A stretch of 64,000 nt of DNA from Candidatus Parcubacteria bacterium. GTDB lineage: Bacteria; Patescibacteriota; Minisyncoccia; Phycocordibacterales; UBA5272. The translations under genes were made by a program, and so were the position numbers. The notes beneath the pieces are model-generated. The model saw only the letters and a program-made list of their open reading frames with translations, searched no databases and was not told the DNA's origin. The stretch lies in contig JBDKJD010000002.1 in the NCBI GenBank assembly GCA_039796775.1, positions 12,574 through 76,573 on the forward strand. The letters are read 5' to 3'. Positions 20,515 to 31,171 of this stretch are shown in pieces; position 1 is the stretch's first letter; each line of letters opens with the position of its first letter.

Positions 20515-20799
20515 TTATTTTTTAAATGATGCGAGGACATCATCCTTTGCTTTCTCCAATAACTCTCTATGATTTGGAGCTAAATGTTTGAGACTAGTCA
20601 TATAAAAATCTACCCCCATTGAGAGAGAGGCTTGAAGCGCAGCGAAAGAATCTTCCCCTATTTCATCATACAGATAGTTAAGGAATTGTTTGTATATTGT
20701 TTCAGAAATGGCGTTGATCATTTCGTGAGTATCGTCCTCATCTAATCCGCTTAGATTAAATTCCTTTATAAATGATTGGATAAATTCTTTTTCTTGCAT
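20515..20799 (-). CDS. Small acidic hypothetical protein
   Basis: 94-aa ORF tightly between co-oriented genes. Confidence 0.65.
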   Translation of the reverse strand: MQEKEFIQSFIKEFNLSGLDEDDTHEMINAISETIYKQFLNYLYDEIGEDSFAALQASLSMGVDFYMTSLKHLAPNHRELLEKAKDDVLASFKK

Positions 20800-20806
20800 G
20801 ATGTTT

Positions 20807-23800
20807 TTATGAGGATATTACTCCATTTGTGTAGATAGAAGTGACAAGGCGTCTTGATTGAGATAGGAGTTCGAATATAGTGCGTGTATCATTCTCTCTG
20901 TCATACTTTGAAAGTGGTGAAAACACTGATTCTCCTTTTTTGTGAAGCTTGCACATATGTTCTATGGTTTGTAGCGCGTAGACAAAGGCGCTTAACTCAG
21001 CCCTCACTGTTTCATTTGATAAGATACCAACAGGCTCCCCGCTTAGAATATCTTTGATAGTGATAGCTTGTAATGCACCCACTATACCACTCTCGTTATT
21101 CCCTAAGTTGAGCGACTTAACACTTCTGTTGATCAAGAATACATCAGTTGAACTCGTTTCTTTGCTACCAAGAAGAGCAATGAGTTCGGCTACCGCTCTC
21201 TGCTCACTATCTTTTTCTATGTCCCTTAAGAAATCAAGAGGACTTGTTTTGTTAAACAATGACTGAGCCATAGTAGGAGCCTTAACTGTCTCACCTTTTG
21301 ATTGATTGGAGTAGAGCACTACAGCAAGACCAAGGAGAATGAGGGTGGTAGGTCCTGTTCTCCACGAGCTTCCGGTGTTTTTTATTTTTTTGAGTGTATT
21401 CATGATGGATTTCATGGCCTCTTCTTTTTTCTTTTTGAGTTCTTCCGGTGCGTGTTCTTTTTCCCCTAACAGACGCTCTCGTTCCTCAGAAGGAAAAGGG
21501 AAAGACCCTCTGGATGATAAGTTGGATATTTTGTTAAAAACGGTAGTCCAAGTACTGCTCTCTTTCTTTATAACAGGGGTAGCTCCTGCTAGCACAGAAC
21601 TCCTGTTCGTCATCCCTGTAGTTTGGTTCTCTTTTATTGCTTGTGATTTTGGAGCTGTTTTATCCATGAATGACTTCACTTTCTCTAAGCTTGTAGGTGG
21701 AATACTGGTACCGTCTCTAGAGATACGACTACGTTTCCCCTCTTCTGTTATTTTGTTACCATCCATTAACTCAGATTCATCATAATGAACAGAGAGTGAA
21801 GGGGCGACGAATTCATCAGAAGAGAATATTGACCACTTATGTTTCTTGTGAAGTTCTGTGAGAAGTGCCCTATCCTGGTCACTGAGCGTTCCTTCCTTGT
21901 ATCGTGCATATAAATTTTTGTACATGCTCTTGTCAAGCTTCCAAGAGAGAGACTCGTCATTCATAGGAGAATAGACCTCAGCGTACTTAGTCTTGAACGA
22001 AGACTCTTCTTTTTTGGAATCAAATTCTCGTATCTTGTCACGAAGAAGAGCAGAATATTGCGCTTTGTTTAGAGATTGTTGTTGTGTGAATCGAGTTTTG
22101 AAATCTTGCTCTCCTAAAACGATTACTCGACTAAGTTCTTGCTCTAATGCTGATCTGCTTTGTGGCAACATTTCGCTTATGACTTTTGCCTCTTCCTTGC
22201 TCATCGCTTTTTTGTTGGCATAGAGAGAGATGTAGGCTGTGGGGTCCCTCTCAAACATGTCTTTGTGAAGTAATTTTAGTTGTTCATAAGCGTTAAACTG
22301 TCTCGCATCTTCGTTTTTTGCTCGAATATTTTCTCTTTCTTTAAAAGTTGCTTCATTCGTTGGGTTACTCATGTTGTACAACGACCTTACAGATTTGATG
22401 TACTGCACGATGGTGTTCTGACACCAGATGATTTCTTTTTCTATTGTATCAATCTCCTCCTTTGAAGGGTCCCCAGGCAGAGAATCAATTGCCGCAAACG
22501 TAGCCCCTAAACGACCAGATAATGATTTCCATTTAGCTTGGTCAATTACACCTCTCTCAACTAATTTCTCTCGTAGTATTTTTTGGCCACTGCTTAACAC
22601 AAAGATAGAACGCTCAAGTTCTTCTAATAATCTAGTAGCGTTCATTGCTTCATTCGTGAGCGCTTTTTTCTTCTCTAAGATTTGCGCTTCTTTGTCTTTT
22701 TTCTCTCTTGCCTTAGTATCTTTTGAGAAGGATTTTATTGAGAGGGTGAATCTAGTCACTTCCATTAAGGCTTTCTCAGGTTGCTCTGTTCTTATTAATT
22801 TGAGAATATTATTTTTTTGAATAATAATCGGAGCTAGTAACTCAAGTGATTCTCCATCTGTCACCTGATTTACGAGTTCGTTATACAAAACAAAAGCACG
22901 GTCAAAATTCGTTTTGAGTGAGTAGAGTATTGAACTAAGCCCAGGCCTAACCTTTTTCCATTCTCCGTTTTCGTCTAGATATTCCCACACTTGCGTCTCT
23001 GATCTTAAGGGTTTCCCAGCTTTATTATCAGCCTTCTTTTTTGTGAGACGAACAACATCATCAGGCCATCCACTATATATATCAGCAGAGAAAAGTTTAT
23101 TCTTCTCTTCCAGTATCGCCTTGTCCTCCTGCTCTCTTGTTTTAACTGTTTGAACAAAGGCGCCAAAAGAAGTGTTTACATTTTTAATGTCATCCCCGGT
23201 TGGAGCTTCGGGAAGTGAAGTGTTTAATTTCTCTAGCTCCTCAGCTTCAGCTTTAGTCAATGTGTGAGCACTTTTAAATTCAGCGATTCGAGCGAGTAAA
23301 CCACTTCTCATCGTAGACAAAGCTTGTGTTTTTATTGTGAGTAATTCCTCTTCATGTGATTGTTGCACTCCTTCCAAAGCTTTTTGTAGCTCAAACTCTT
23401 TTCCTTTTAGTTTTGTTTCAGAAATAATTCTAGTAACCCCCTCTAGTGTTCCTTGAATGAGAGCGAGCACGTCACTCGCGCTCTTTTCTTGGTTGTTAGT
23501 AAGAAAACCAATAATACCCTCTTTATCAGTCGCGCTCTCTAGCCAAGAGAGTTTATCCAAAAGCGTGACTGCTCCTAAAAGTTTGTTCCTATTAACATCT
23601 TGTGCAATTATTTTACGCAGTTCCGCTACTTTTGGTTTCATTGTTTGTATATAGTCAAAAAGAGTAGCGGCTTCTTGTTGTAAGGCAGCGTCTTTAATCA
23701 AAGCTTCCTCTCGCATCACTAATATTTCCTCACAGAAAGTATCGATCTTTTTAAGAGATTTTTCGTCGTCTGGTGTCACAGGGTTTCTTTTTTCAAGGTT

Positions 23801-24166
23801 TTTTAGTACTGCTTTTACGATGGAGATAGATAAAAGAACCTTCCCCTCGTCTTCTTCTGTGAGATTATTCTTAGCCCTAATGTCATTAAGTTTCCCTAAG
23901 AGGGTGATCGCAGATTCTTGCACTCGTAACATATCTTCTGTGAGCGGCTCCTCTACTTTCTTTCCTATTTCTGCACCAACTTTCCCTCCTAGTGTGTAGT
24001 TCGGTATAGAATATGAAGCACCTGACCCGCTCAGTCTTATGTTTGGATCAAAAGTTTGAGGGATAGTAGGCTCGACTACTGGTTTGAATGTGCCAAATGA
24101 CCCATTCCTAATAGGTGTTGCAGATAGAGAGAAATCTGGAGTATCTTCACCCCTTGTGGTTGCCAT
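20807..24166 (-). CDS. Large coiled-coil hypothetical protein with a late TM helix
   Basis: 1119-aa E/K-rich ORF; hydrophobic TLILLGLAVVLY near the C-terminus. Confidence 0.75.
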   Translation of the reverse strand: MATTRGEDTPDFSLSATPIRNGSFGTFKPVVEPTIPQTFDPNIRLSGSGASYSIPNYTLGGKVGAEIGKKVEEPLTEDMLRVQESAITLLGKLNDIRAKNNLTEEDEGKVLLSISIVKAVLKNLEKRNPVTPDDEKSLKKIDTFCEEILVMREEALIKDAALQQEAATLFDYIQTMKPKVAELRKIIAQDVNRNKLLGAVTLLDKLSWLESATDKEGIIGFLTNNQEKSASDVLALIQGTLEGVTRIISETKLKGKEFELQKALEGVQQSHEEELLTIKTQALSTMRSGLLARIAEFKSAHTLTKAEAEELEKLNTSLPEAPTGDDIKNVNTSFGAFVQTVKTREQEDKAILEEKNKLFSADIYSGWPDDVVRLTKKKADNKAGKPLRSETQVWEYLDENGEWKKVRPGLSSILYSLKTNFDRAFVLYNELVNQVTDGESLELLAPIIIQKNNILKLIRTEQPEKALMEVTRFTLSIKSFSKDTKAREKKDKEAQILEKKKALTNEAMNATRLLEELERSIFVLSSGQKILREKLVERGVIDQAKWKSLSGRLGATFAAIDSLPGDPSKEEIDTIEKEIIWCQNTIVQYIKSVRSLYNMSNPTNEATFKERENIRAKNEDARQFNAYEQLKLLHKDMFERDPTAYISLYANKKAMSKEEAKVISEMLPQSRSALEQELSRVIVLGEQDFKTRFTQQQSLNKAQYSALLRDKIREFDSKKEESSFKTKYAEVYSPMNDESLSWKLDKSMYKNLYARYKEGTLSDQDRALLTELHKKHKWSIFSSDEFVAPSLSVHYDESELMDGNKITEEGKRSRISRDGTSIPPTSLEKVKSFMDKTAPKSQAIKENQTTGMTNRSSVLAGATPVIKKESSTWTTVFNKISNLSSRGSFPFPSEERERLLGEKEHAPEELKKKKEEAMKSIMNTLKKIKNTGSSWRTGPTTLILLGLAVVLYSNQSKGETVKAPTMAQSLFNKTSPLDFLRDIEKDSEQRAVAELIALLGSKETSSTDVFLINRSVKSLNLGNNESGIVGALQAITIKDILSGEPVGILSNETVRAELSAFVYALQTIEHMCKLHKKGESVFSPLSKYDRENDTRTIFELLSQSRRLVTSIYTNGVISS

Positions 24167-24343
24167 AGTAATCTTAGTATAGCTTATTTTATAAAGAGAT
24201 AAGAGGCCTTCTCCACATTGTGGTATTTAAGCTTGCTTGTTATCTCAAACCCCATTTGTTAGTATGATACTAGTAGAGAAAAGAGGTTACATTTAGCAAT
24301 CTTTAGACCTAAATGTCAACTTCTTTTTCTTTTTCTAATTATC

Positions 24344-25384
24344 GTGAACGCACATCTTTCCATAACGCTTCTTCCCCGCTTTATTACAGTCGGAGTTATT
24401 ATGGTATTTCTCCTCTCCCCTTCTCCTCTTTTGGCTGCGAACATATTTTTCTCTTTTCAGGATAGGGTTAAATCTATTTTTCTGGAAAAGGAAGAAGAAA
24501 CAGAACAAGAGATCTCCTCCCCTCAAACAATGGCAGTGCTCAAGCCTGTTGTTGTTGATGAGTCAACGACATCCCAGATGATTATAGAAAATGATTCATT
24601 GAGAGTTGACTCAGGTCCCCTGCGTGTAGCAACTGAAGATATTGAATTCCCCCAATCGGATATCATTAGTGTGTATGAAGTTAAAAAAGGAGATACAATT
24701 TCAGACGTGGCGAGACTATTTGATGTATCAGTGAACACTATTATTTGGGCTAATAATTTAAAATCAAGAACACTCACTCCTGGAACAACACTTATTATTC
24801 TTCCAGTGACCGGTATTAGACATACCGTCAAAAAAGGTGACACTGTTAAATCACTTGCGAGACTCTATCGTGCAGACACAAAAGATATAGCTCAATATAA
24901 CGGCATTACCGAAGACTCTTCACTATCATTAGGTCAAGTAATTATTATTCCAGATGGTGAAATAGAAATCATACAACCAAAAGTTGCCAAGAAAAAGACA
25001 ACGTCTAAGATTACACGGTCATATACTCAAGCTACCCCATCTGGTTTCCTTATTAGACCTATACAGGGAGGTAGAAGAACTCAAGGTATTCATGGTAATA
25101 ATGCAGTTGACATAGCCGCAACTCCAGGTACTGCGATTGTTGCTTCTGGTAATGGTGTTGTCATAGCTTCACGTATCGGTGGATATAATGGAGGGTATGG
25201 GAATATGGTGATTATCTCACATGCAAATGGAGTACAAACGCTCTATGCCCATATGAGAGAAGTGTATGTAGGCACAGGAGAAACAGTGACACAAGGTCAA
25301 GTGATAGGAGGTGTAGGAAATACAGGACGATCAACAGGGCCTCATCTTCACTTCGAAGTTCGTGGAGCGAAGAATCCGTTCTAG
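24344..25384 (+). CDS. LysM-LysM-M23 peptidoglycan endopeptidase
   Basis: YEVKKGDTIS and HTVKKGDTV LysM repeats; HGNNAVD, YAHM, STGPHLHFEV. Confidence 0.92.
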   Translation: MNAHLSITLLPRFITVGVIMVFLLSPSPLLAANIFFSFQDRVKSIFLEKEEETEQEISSPQTMAVLKPVVVDESTTSQMIIENDSLRVDSGPLRVATEDIEFPQSDIISVYEVKKGDTISDVARLFDVSVNTIIWANNLKSRTLTPGTTLIILPVTGIRHTVKKGDTVKSLARLYRADTKDIAQYNGITEDSSLSLGQVIIIPDGEIEIIQPKVAKKKTTSKITRSYTQATPSGFLIRPIQGGRRTQGIHGNNAVDIAATPGTAIVASGNGVVIASRIGGYNGGYGNMVIISHANGVQTLYAHMREVYVGTGETVTQGQVIGGVGNTGRSTGPHLHFEVRGAKNPF

Positions 25385-25435
25385 GGTAGTTACTAGTCAT
25401 TAGTTACTAGTGAGATACAAATACAATGCAAGTAA

Positions 25436-25472
25436 ACACCCAAAGCGCAGGCGTAGCCTGCGCTTTGGGTGT
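25436..25472. repeat. Perfect palindrome with a C-GTA-G loop (terminator/REP-like)
   Basis: acacccaaagcgcaggc-gta-gcctgcgctttgggtgt. Confidence 0.85.
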
Positions 25473-25528
25473 CTGGTGATTTCTCTATACTCTACATTCT
25501 ACGCTCTATATTCTACACTCTGCATCCC

Positions 25529-27067
25529 TCACCCTTCATATATCTTGGGTCTATATTGAAATGCTTCTAATATGTCTTCATTTTCTACCTTACTGCTTTC
25601 TCTTAAGTCAGCAATTGTTCTTGCAACAGAGAGTATTCGATAATATGAACGAGGGGAGAGTGTCGCCTTCTCTGCTAATTTTTTAAGAAGAGAAGAAACA
25701 CTTTCTTCCATGTCACACTCTTTGATTAATTGATCGAGTGTTAGCTTCTGAGAAGGTTTGTTGTCAGAAGTCGTACTCCTTCTTTTTGTGCCAAATGATC
25801 TTCCGCGTATTACGTTGTTTCGTATGGTAGTTGAATCAGTCCCTGTGCCTTCCTTATGCAATTCATTATAGTTAATTGATTCTACAGGAACCCACAAATC
25901 AATGCGATCAATGATCGGCCCTGATAGCTTGCGCGAATAGTTTTGTATATGATGAAGAGAACAGGTGCATGGTTTTATGTTGCTACCATAATATCCGCAA
26001 GGGCATGGATTCATCGCAGCGACAAGAAGTACGGAAGCTGGGAATGTGTAACTCCCCTTTGCTCGAGAGATGGTAATAGTTCTCTCTTCAAGTGGTTCTC
26101 TTAATGACTCGAGAACTTTCTTATCGAATTCTGGGAACTCGTCCAAAAAAAGAACACCACGATGTGCGAGTGTTATCTCACCAGGTTTAGGAGACGCTCC
26201 TCCTCCAACAAGAGAAACATATGATGCTGTGTGATGAGGTGCACGAAATGGAGCGTGAGTAATCGGAGCATTTATTTTTTTGACAAGGGAATGAACTTTA
26301 GTCACATCGCGTATCTCTTCTTGTGATAGAGGTGGAAGTATTTGAGAGAATGCTTTGGCAAGCATGGTCTTCCCAGTTCCTGGAGGTCCATAGAGAGCGA
26401 TATTATGATTTCCTGTTGCTGCTATTATGAGTGCTCTCTTGGCAACTTCTTGTCCTTTGATGGTTCCAAAATCAAGAGATGAAGTAATCTCTGGAATAAC
26501 AAAAGCGCTCGTATATGAGGCTATTTCTGATACTTCCCCAGTATCAGTTGTTCCTCCTAAATGAATATAGAGTTCACGCAGGTTCTGACAAGGATAAATG
26601 AGTATGTCTTCAACAAGAGAAGCTTCTTCTTTGTTGTCATAGGGCACATACACGCTTTGAGCCCCCTGTCTCTTGGCGTACTCAACCATGCCGAGTATGC
26701 CTTTAACAGGAAGCACTGATCCTGTTAAAGAAAGTTCTCCGAAGAAGTACACCTGCTTTTGTTCAACATGTAATTGTTTTGAAGCGAGTAAGTACGCGAG
26801 CACTATAGGGAGATCAAAATGTGTACCTTCTTTTTTGATATGGGCAGGAGATAGTGAAACAGTTATTTTTTGATTCTCTGTTTTTGGATTCTTGAGATAT
26901 GAATTACGAAGCGCTGAGATAATTCTATCCTTACTCTCATCAACAGACTTGTCTGGTAATCCAACAATAGAAAAAGAATATAATCCAGAAGTGACATCGA
27001 CTTCTACATTTACCTTTTCAACATCGAGACCAACAATGTGAGCACTTGTAACAGTAGCAACACTCAT
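25529..27067 (-). CDS. comM: ComM/YifB Mg-chelatase-like AAA+ ATPase
   Basis: IVGLPD, GPPGTGKT, FRAPHHTAS, GEITLAHRGVLFLDEFPEF, AMNPCPCG. Confidence 0.95.
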   Translation of the reverse strand: MSVATVTSAHIVGLDVEKVNVEVDVTSGLYSFSIVGLPDKSVDESKDRIISALRNSYLKNPKTENQKITVSLSPAHIKKEGTHFDLPIVLAYLLASKQLHVEQKQVYFFGELSLTGSVLPVKGILGMVEYAKRQGAQSVYVPYDNKEEASLVEDILIYPCQNLRELYIHLGGTTDTGEVSEIASYTSAFVIPEITSSLDFGTIKGQEVAKRALIIAATGNHNIALYGPPGTGKTMLAKAFSQILPPLSQEEIRDVTKVHSLVKKINAPITHAPFRAPHHTASYVSLVGGGASPKPGEITLAHRGVLFLDEFPEFDKKVLESLREPLEERTITISRAKGSYTFPASVLLVAAMNPCPCGYYGSNIKPCTCSLHHIQNYSRKLSGPIIDRIDLWVPVESINYNELHKEGTGTDSTTIRNNVIRGRSFGTKRRSTTSDNKPSQKLTLDQLIKECDMEESVSSLLKKLAEKATLSPRSYYRILSVARTIADLRESSKVENEDILEAFQYRPKIYEG

Positions 27068-27840
27068 TATTTGAGTATAACACTCTTAATAGCGAGAACC
27101 GATGTTTCATTAGGGGCGATAATGAGTTGTGTTGGTGATACGAAAGCGTAGACAACAGAGGTGTTACCTTCTCTAAAAACTCTCATTGTTACATTCGCTG
27201 ACGTGACATCACTCCATGGATTAGTCGGTGCAGATATGACAGTATCCACTACTGCAATTGTAGTTGATGCTGTTGGTGGCGTTGATGTCGCTTTTGTTGA
27301 TGTTGCTAATTGAGTACTGGTGGTCGCAGTTGATGTGGTGGCTGTCTGAGTCTTAGGTTCATTTACTTTTTTGGTTGAGCTCGCCACTTCTTTATTGAGA
27401 GCATTTGCTAATTCAATAATATATTCACTTCCATTTCTTTTCATATATGCGAAAACGGGAGAATATGAAGAGAGTGTTAATACATACCCTTTGTCTTTCT
27501 TTTCTACCTTCTGTATATGTATTCCAATCTCTCTATCAAGTGTTGGAGATAAAGCGGAAAGATTACCCCTCTTCTCTTTTTCTGTGATTTGGACTGACTC
27601 CGTTTCAGATATTTGAACATCATCTTCCTTGAGAACATAAAAGAGCACACCAATCACAATCATGATGAGAACGATAAGAAGCGCGCTTATAGAAAGGATA
27701 AGTCTATTAGAGTTTCTTTCTTCGCTTACATCTTTGTTTCCTATATCATTTGATGCTGTAGCGATTTGAGTGAGTGAAGCTTCTTTGGCTTTAACCTCTT
27801 CACTTATATCATGAGCGAAGGTGTCTACTTTTGGTATCAT
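27067..27840 (-). CDS. Membrane-anchored protein with a Thr/Ser-rich linker
   Basis: One TM helix plus a TATTSTATTST tract. Confidence 0.7.
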   Translation of the reverse strand: MIPKVDTFAHDISEEVKAKEASLTQIATASNDIGNKDVSEERNSNRLILSISALLIVLIMIVIGVLFYVLKEDDVQISETESVQITEKEKRGNLSALSPTLDREIGIHIQKVEKKDKGYVLTLSSYSPVFAYMKRNGSEYIIELANALNKEVASSTKKVNEPKTQTATTSTATTSTQLATSTKATSTPPTASTTIAVVDTVISAPTNPWSDVTSANVTMRVFREGNTSVVYAFVSPTQLIIAPNETSVLAIKSVILK

Positions 27841-27849
27841 GAAGATAGT

Positions 27850-28048
27850 ATATAGTGGCTAGTAGTTAGTGGCTAGGTGATAGGGTGTAGAATGTGGAGT
27901 ACAGAATGTAGAAAATAGAGTACAGAGCATAGAGTGTAGAACAGAGAGTACAGAATGTGGAATATACTAAATACAGAAAACGCAGGCGCAGCCTGCGCTT
28001 TCTGTATTTTCTATACTCTATATTCTACGCTCTGTACTCTGTACCCTA
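27850..28048. repeat. Composite element: 7-bp-period arrays flanking a C-GCA-G palindrome
   Basis: tagtggc heptamers, (agagtac/agaatgt)n, aaatacagaaaacgcaggc-gca-gcctgcgctttctgtattt, then the inverted (ttctata/ctctgta)n. Confidence 0.8.
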
Positions 28049-28051
28049 CCC

Positions 28052-28693
28052 TTACTCCCCTCCTCTAAAAATTCCAAAATCTTCATCAGAAAAATGAGGT
28101 GTAGAAGCAGTCGCTTGTTGCGGTTTTATTTTTTTAACAGACTTTTTCTTTGACGGATTGAATGATTTTGTGTATTTGGTTCTTTTGTGTCCAATCAAAA
28201 ATTCTTCAGGAGAGTCACACATATCAATAAAGTCTTCACAATGCTCACGTAATTTTGACGACGAAGATTTTCCAAAAGAGATAACTTCAACTTGAACACC
28301 AAAATGTTCTTTGAGGAAGGTAACAAGTGGCACGAAGTCCCCGTCCCCTGTGGCGAGTATTATGGTGTCTACTTTTGGAGCGATGCGAATAGCGTCAACT
28401 GCCATACCGACATCCCAGTCAGCTTTTTTTGACCCTCCATAAAAGATTTGTAAATCTTTTGTTTTGGTTTCGATACCGATTTTGGTGAGCGCTTCGAAGA
28501 AGTTTGTCTCATCTCCTGCTTCTGTAGTGATTACATAAGCAATAGCTCGAATAAGTTTTCTTTTAGATAAAGAACGCTCTACAATAGCCGCAAAGTTAAC
28601 TTTTGAATTATAGAGATTCTTCGCTGAGTGATAAAGGTTTTGTGTGTCGATAAAAATTGCGACACGTTGATCAATATGTTTAATAACTGTCAT
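28052..28693 (-). CDS. NYN domain (LabA/DUF88) protein
   Basis: IFIDTQN, KADWDVGMAVD, TGDGDFVPL. Confidence 0.9.
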   Translation of the reverse strand: MTVIKHIDQRVAIFIDTQNLYHSAKNLYNSKVNFAAIVERSLSKRKLIRAIAYVITTEAGDETNFFEALTKIGIETKTKDLQIFYGGSKKADWDVGMAVDAIRIAPKVDTIILATGDGDFVPLVTFLKEHFGVQVEVISFGKSSSSKLREHCEDFIDMCDSPEEFLIGHKRTKYTKSFNPSKKKSVKKIKPQQATASTPHFSDEDFGIFRGGE

Positions 28694-28827
28694 AGTGTTA
28701 GTGATTATATGATAGTGTGTTGTTTCTAATTAACAATAAATAATAAAAACAAAGTGCTATCGTTTGATATAAAAATGAGAAACGAATATTAAAATGAATA
28801 GAAACTATAGTTAGTATACTATGGCCC

Positions 28828-28921
28828 AGTAGCAAGTAGCCAGTAGCCAGTAGCCATTAGCAAGTAGCCAGTAGCCAGTAGCCAGTAGCCAGTAGCCAGT
28901 AGCCAGTAGCCAGTAGCCAGT
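28828..28921. repeat. Tandem heptamer repeat (AGTAGCC) x13
   Basis: 13 near-perfect units counted directly, abutting the palindrome at 28922-28950. Confidence 0.95.
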
Positions 28922-28950
28922 CAAAGTGGCGCCCGAAGGGCGCCACTTTG
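28922..28950 (-). terminator. rpsO terminator; palindrome with a C-GAA-G loop
   Basis: caaagtggcgccc-gaa-gggcgccactttg. Confidence 0.75.
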
Positions 28951-28967
28951 TGTACTCTTTTGTAGGA

Positions 28968-29231
28968 TTACTTGAGTCCGAGTTTGGTCACAAGTGCTGA
29001 GTATCTCTTCTTGTTTGATTCTTGGAGATACTTGAGGTGAACTCTACGATCGGCTACCATTTGTATGAGACCACGACGTGAGTGATTGTCTTTTGCGTGA
29101 GTCTTCAAATGATTGGTGAGTTCTACGATACGCTTAGTCAAAATAGATACCTGAACTTCAGGAGATCCTGTGTCTTTCGCGTGAATTTGAGTATTTTTGA
29201 TGGCAATAGCCTTTTTTCTAGGTGTGAGCAT
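28968..29231 (-). CDS. rpsO: 30S ribosomal protein S15
   Basis: [28 protein letters not shown]. Confidence 0.97.
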   Translation of the reverse strand: MLTPRKKAIAIKNTQIHAKDTGSPEVQVSILTKRIVELTNHLKTHAKDNHSRRGLIQMVADRRVHLKYLQESNKKRYSALVTKLGLK

Positions 29232-29537
29232 ATAAATCTAACTATAACGACTATTCTAGCACACTTTTTTAAAAAATGCAAGCCCGGGAAACCTCAGATA
29301 GCAGTTACTGGTGTATGGTTATTAGAAAACACGAAAACCCCCAGAGTATCAGAGGGTCTGCACTCCAAAGTTGAATTCGCCCTAGGCTACATTGACAAAG
29401 TGTAGTAGTAATAGTAGTGTATATTTACTTTTGGAAATAATTCTAAAAAGTCGTTGCGACAGCAATGCGTTCCTTGAAATCACATCACCCTATTTTAGCT
29501 TTGGCTTATGCTGGGGATGTTTATTGGAGATTTTTTT

Positions 29538-30623
29538 ATGAGCTATAAACTCAAAGTTCAAAACGCGGCCCTTGATGAAATCAAAGGCAGTATTGTCCTT
29601 CGTGGAGTTATTGACCCTGCGACGTTTTCGGATATCAAAATCGGTGACTATCAGCGCGAAGAAGGGTCTCTTAAGGATCTCGACAGCCTGATCAAAGCAC
29701 TCAAAGCCGGCGATCAGTTGCCCGATATCGAAATCGGTATTAGGGGGAACGACTACAGTGAGCGTGATGGTGTTTTCTATATACCGTGCGACTCATATGT
29801 TGTTGACGGCCTCCAACGCCTTACAGCGGCGAAGCCTGTCTGGATGGAAGACCCAAAAATTCCGATTCGTCTTGGCGCCCTTCTACATTTTGGTTCAAAT
29901 GAAGCCTGGGAGCGTGAGCGTTTCAAGCTGCTCGACACTTTGCGGAGAAAAGTATCACCAAACGTTCTTCTCAGAAATGAAAAGGACAGCCCCGCGGTTT
30001 CAGCCCTCATCGCAATGTCAAACAATGACAAAGATTTTGCTTTGAAAGCAAAAGTTTGCTGGGGACAGAAAATGGCGCGTACCGAAATGGTGACAGCACT
30101 CACGGTTCTTAAGACCGTTTCTGTGCTGCACAGCCACCTTATTCCAGGCATGGCTTCACATCTGAGTGTTGTTGTTGCTGCATCGGATAAGGCGCTCGAG
30201 TTTCTTGGTCCAAATGTTTAGCGCGCGAACACTCGTACTTTTTTCGAAGCAATTGAAATTTCGTTTGGCTTGCGAAGCATCGCGTATCGCGACCTTTCTC
30301 CACAAATCAAAAGCGGCTTTCTGCGAGCCCTTGCAAAAGTGTTTGCTGACCATCAGAACTTTTGGGAAGACAAGCGTCTCACTATTTCAAAGATGGACCG
30401 CGAAAAGCTACGCCTGTTCCCACTCCGTGATCCAGGGGTTCTACCGCTTATTGGCAGCAGTTCTAGCATCAATCCCGCCCTCTACAGTCTTCTTGTTGAT
30501 CACCTCAACCGTGGTAGACGTGTGACAAGAATGATCAAGTGGAATGGCCAAAAGGCTGACGGTGTTCTCCCTCTTGATGCTAGACAAGCAGATGAAGATG
30601 CTGTTAGCGGCTTTGATGAGTGA
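29538..30623 (+). pseudogene. ParB/DGQHR-like protein interrupted by one in-frame TAG (30219-30221)
   Basis: ORFs 29508-30221 and 30270-30623 are in the same frame (GPNV*RANTRTFFE...); VVDGLQRLTA motif. Confidence 0.7.
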
Positions 30624-30735
30624 GTGGTGATGTTGTGATTCCTAAGAGTCAGCAGTAATGCTGGCTCTTTTTCTTTTGTTTACTTGCACGAAGTGGGGGT
30701 AGTGTTCTTATATAGGACTTCATAAGGAGAAGGTA

Positions 30736-31083
30736 ATGAAATCTAACAATGTTCATCAATGTTTGTTAAGCAAGGTTGTGTCACAGAAGTCTCTAAAAGT
30801 AACCTTTTTAAAAGGGATGATGGCAGGGACTTTTGAAGAAGGAGGGGTGGTTATTGGATATTTTGAAGGCTTATCTGAAAGGGTGTTGAGCCGCAAAAGA
30901 ACAAAAGAACAAATTGTGAGAGAAATAATTGAAGAACGTCGTTCTCAAGAAACAGGCAAGAAGCCCCCTTTGCCAAGAGACAAACGACCACATGTGTGCA
31001 TACTTTTTTGGGATTGGTTCGCCGAGGATGTAGGAACCCTGTGGGTTCCGGTAAAAAATCTTCTCCCTCTACACCGTACATAA
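30736..31083 (+). CDS. Hypothetical protein
   Basis: 115 aa with SD AAGGAG. Confidence 0.55.
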   Translation: MKSNNVHQCLLSKVVSQKSLKVTFLKGMMAGTFEEGGVVIGYFEGLSERVLSRKRTKEQIVREIIEERRSQETGKKPPLPRDKRPHVCILFWDWFAEDVGTLWVPVKNLLPLHRT

Positions 31084-31171
31084 GTCTCTATGAGTACTTT
31101 TTAACACGCAGCGTTCAGACTGCGTATTTCTTTTCCCTTACTTTATTGTGCGACATTGATATATACTTTTT

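Noticed and set aside
28828-28921. Possible CRISPR array
   Set aside because: 7-bp tandem units with no spacers, and no cas genes in the window
30219-30221. Genome-wide TAG or TGA recoding
   Set aside because: TAG ends xer, rny, cca and recJ, and TGA ends rsmA and comM at the expected positions; code 11 fits
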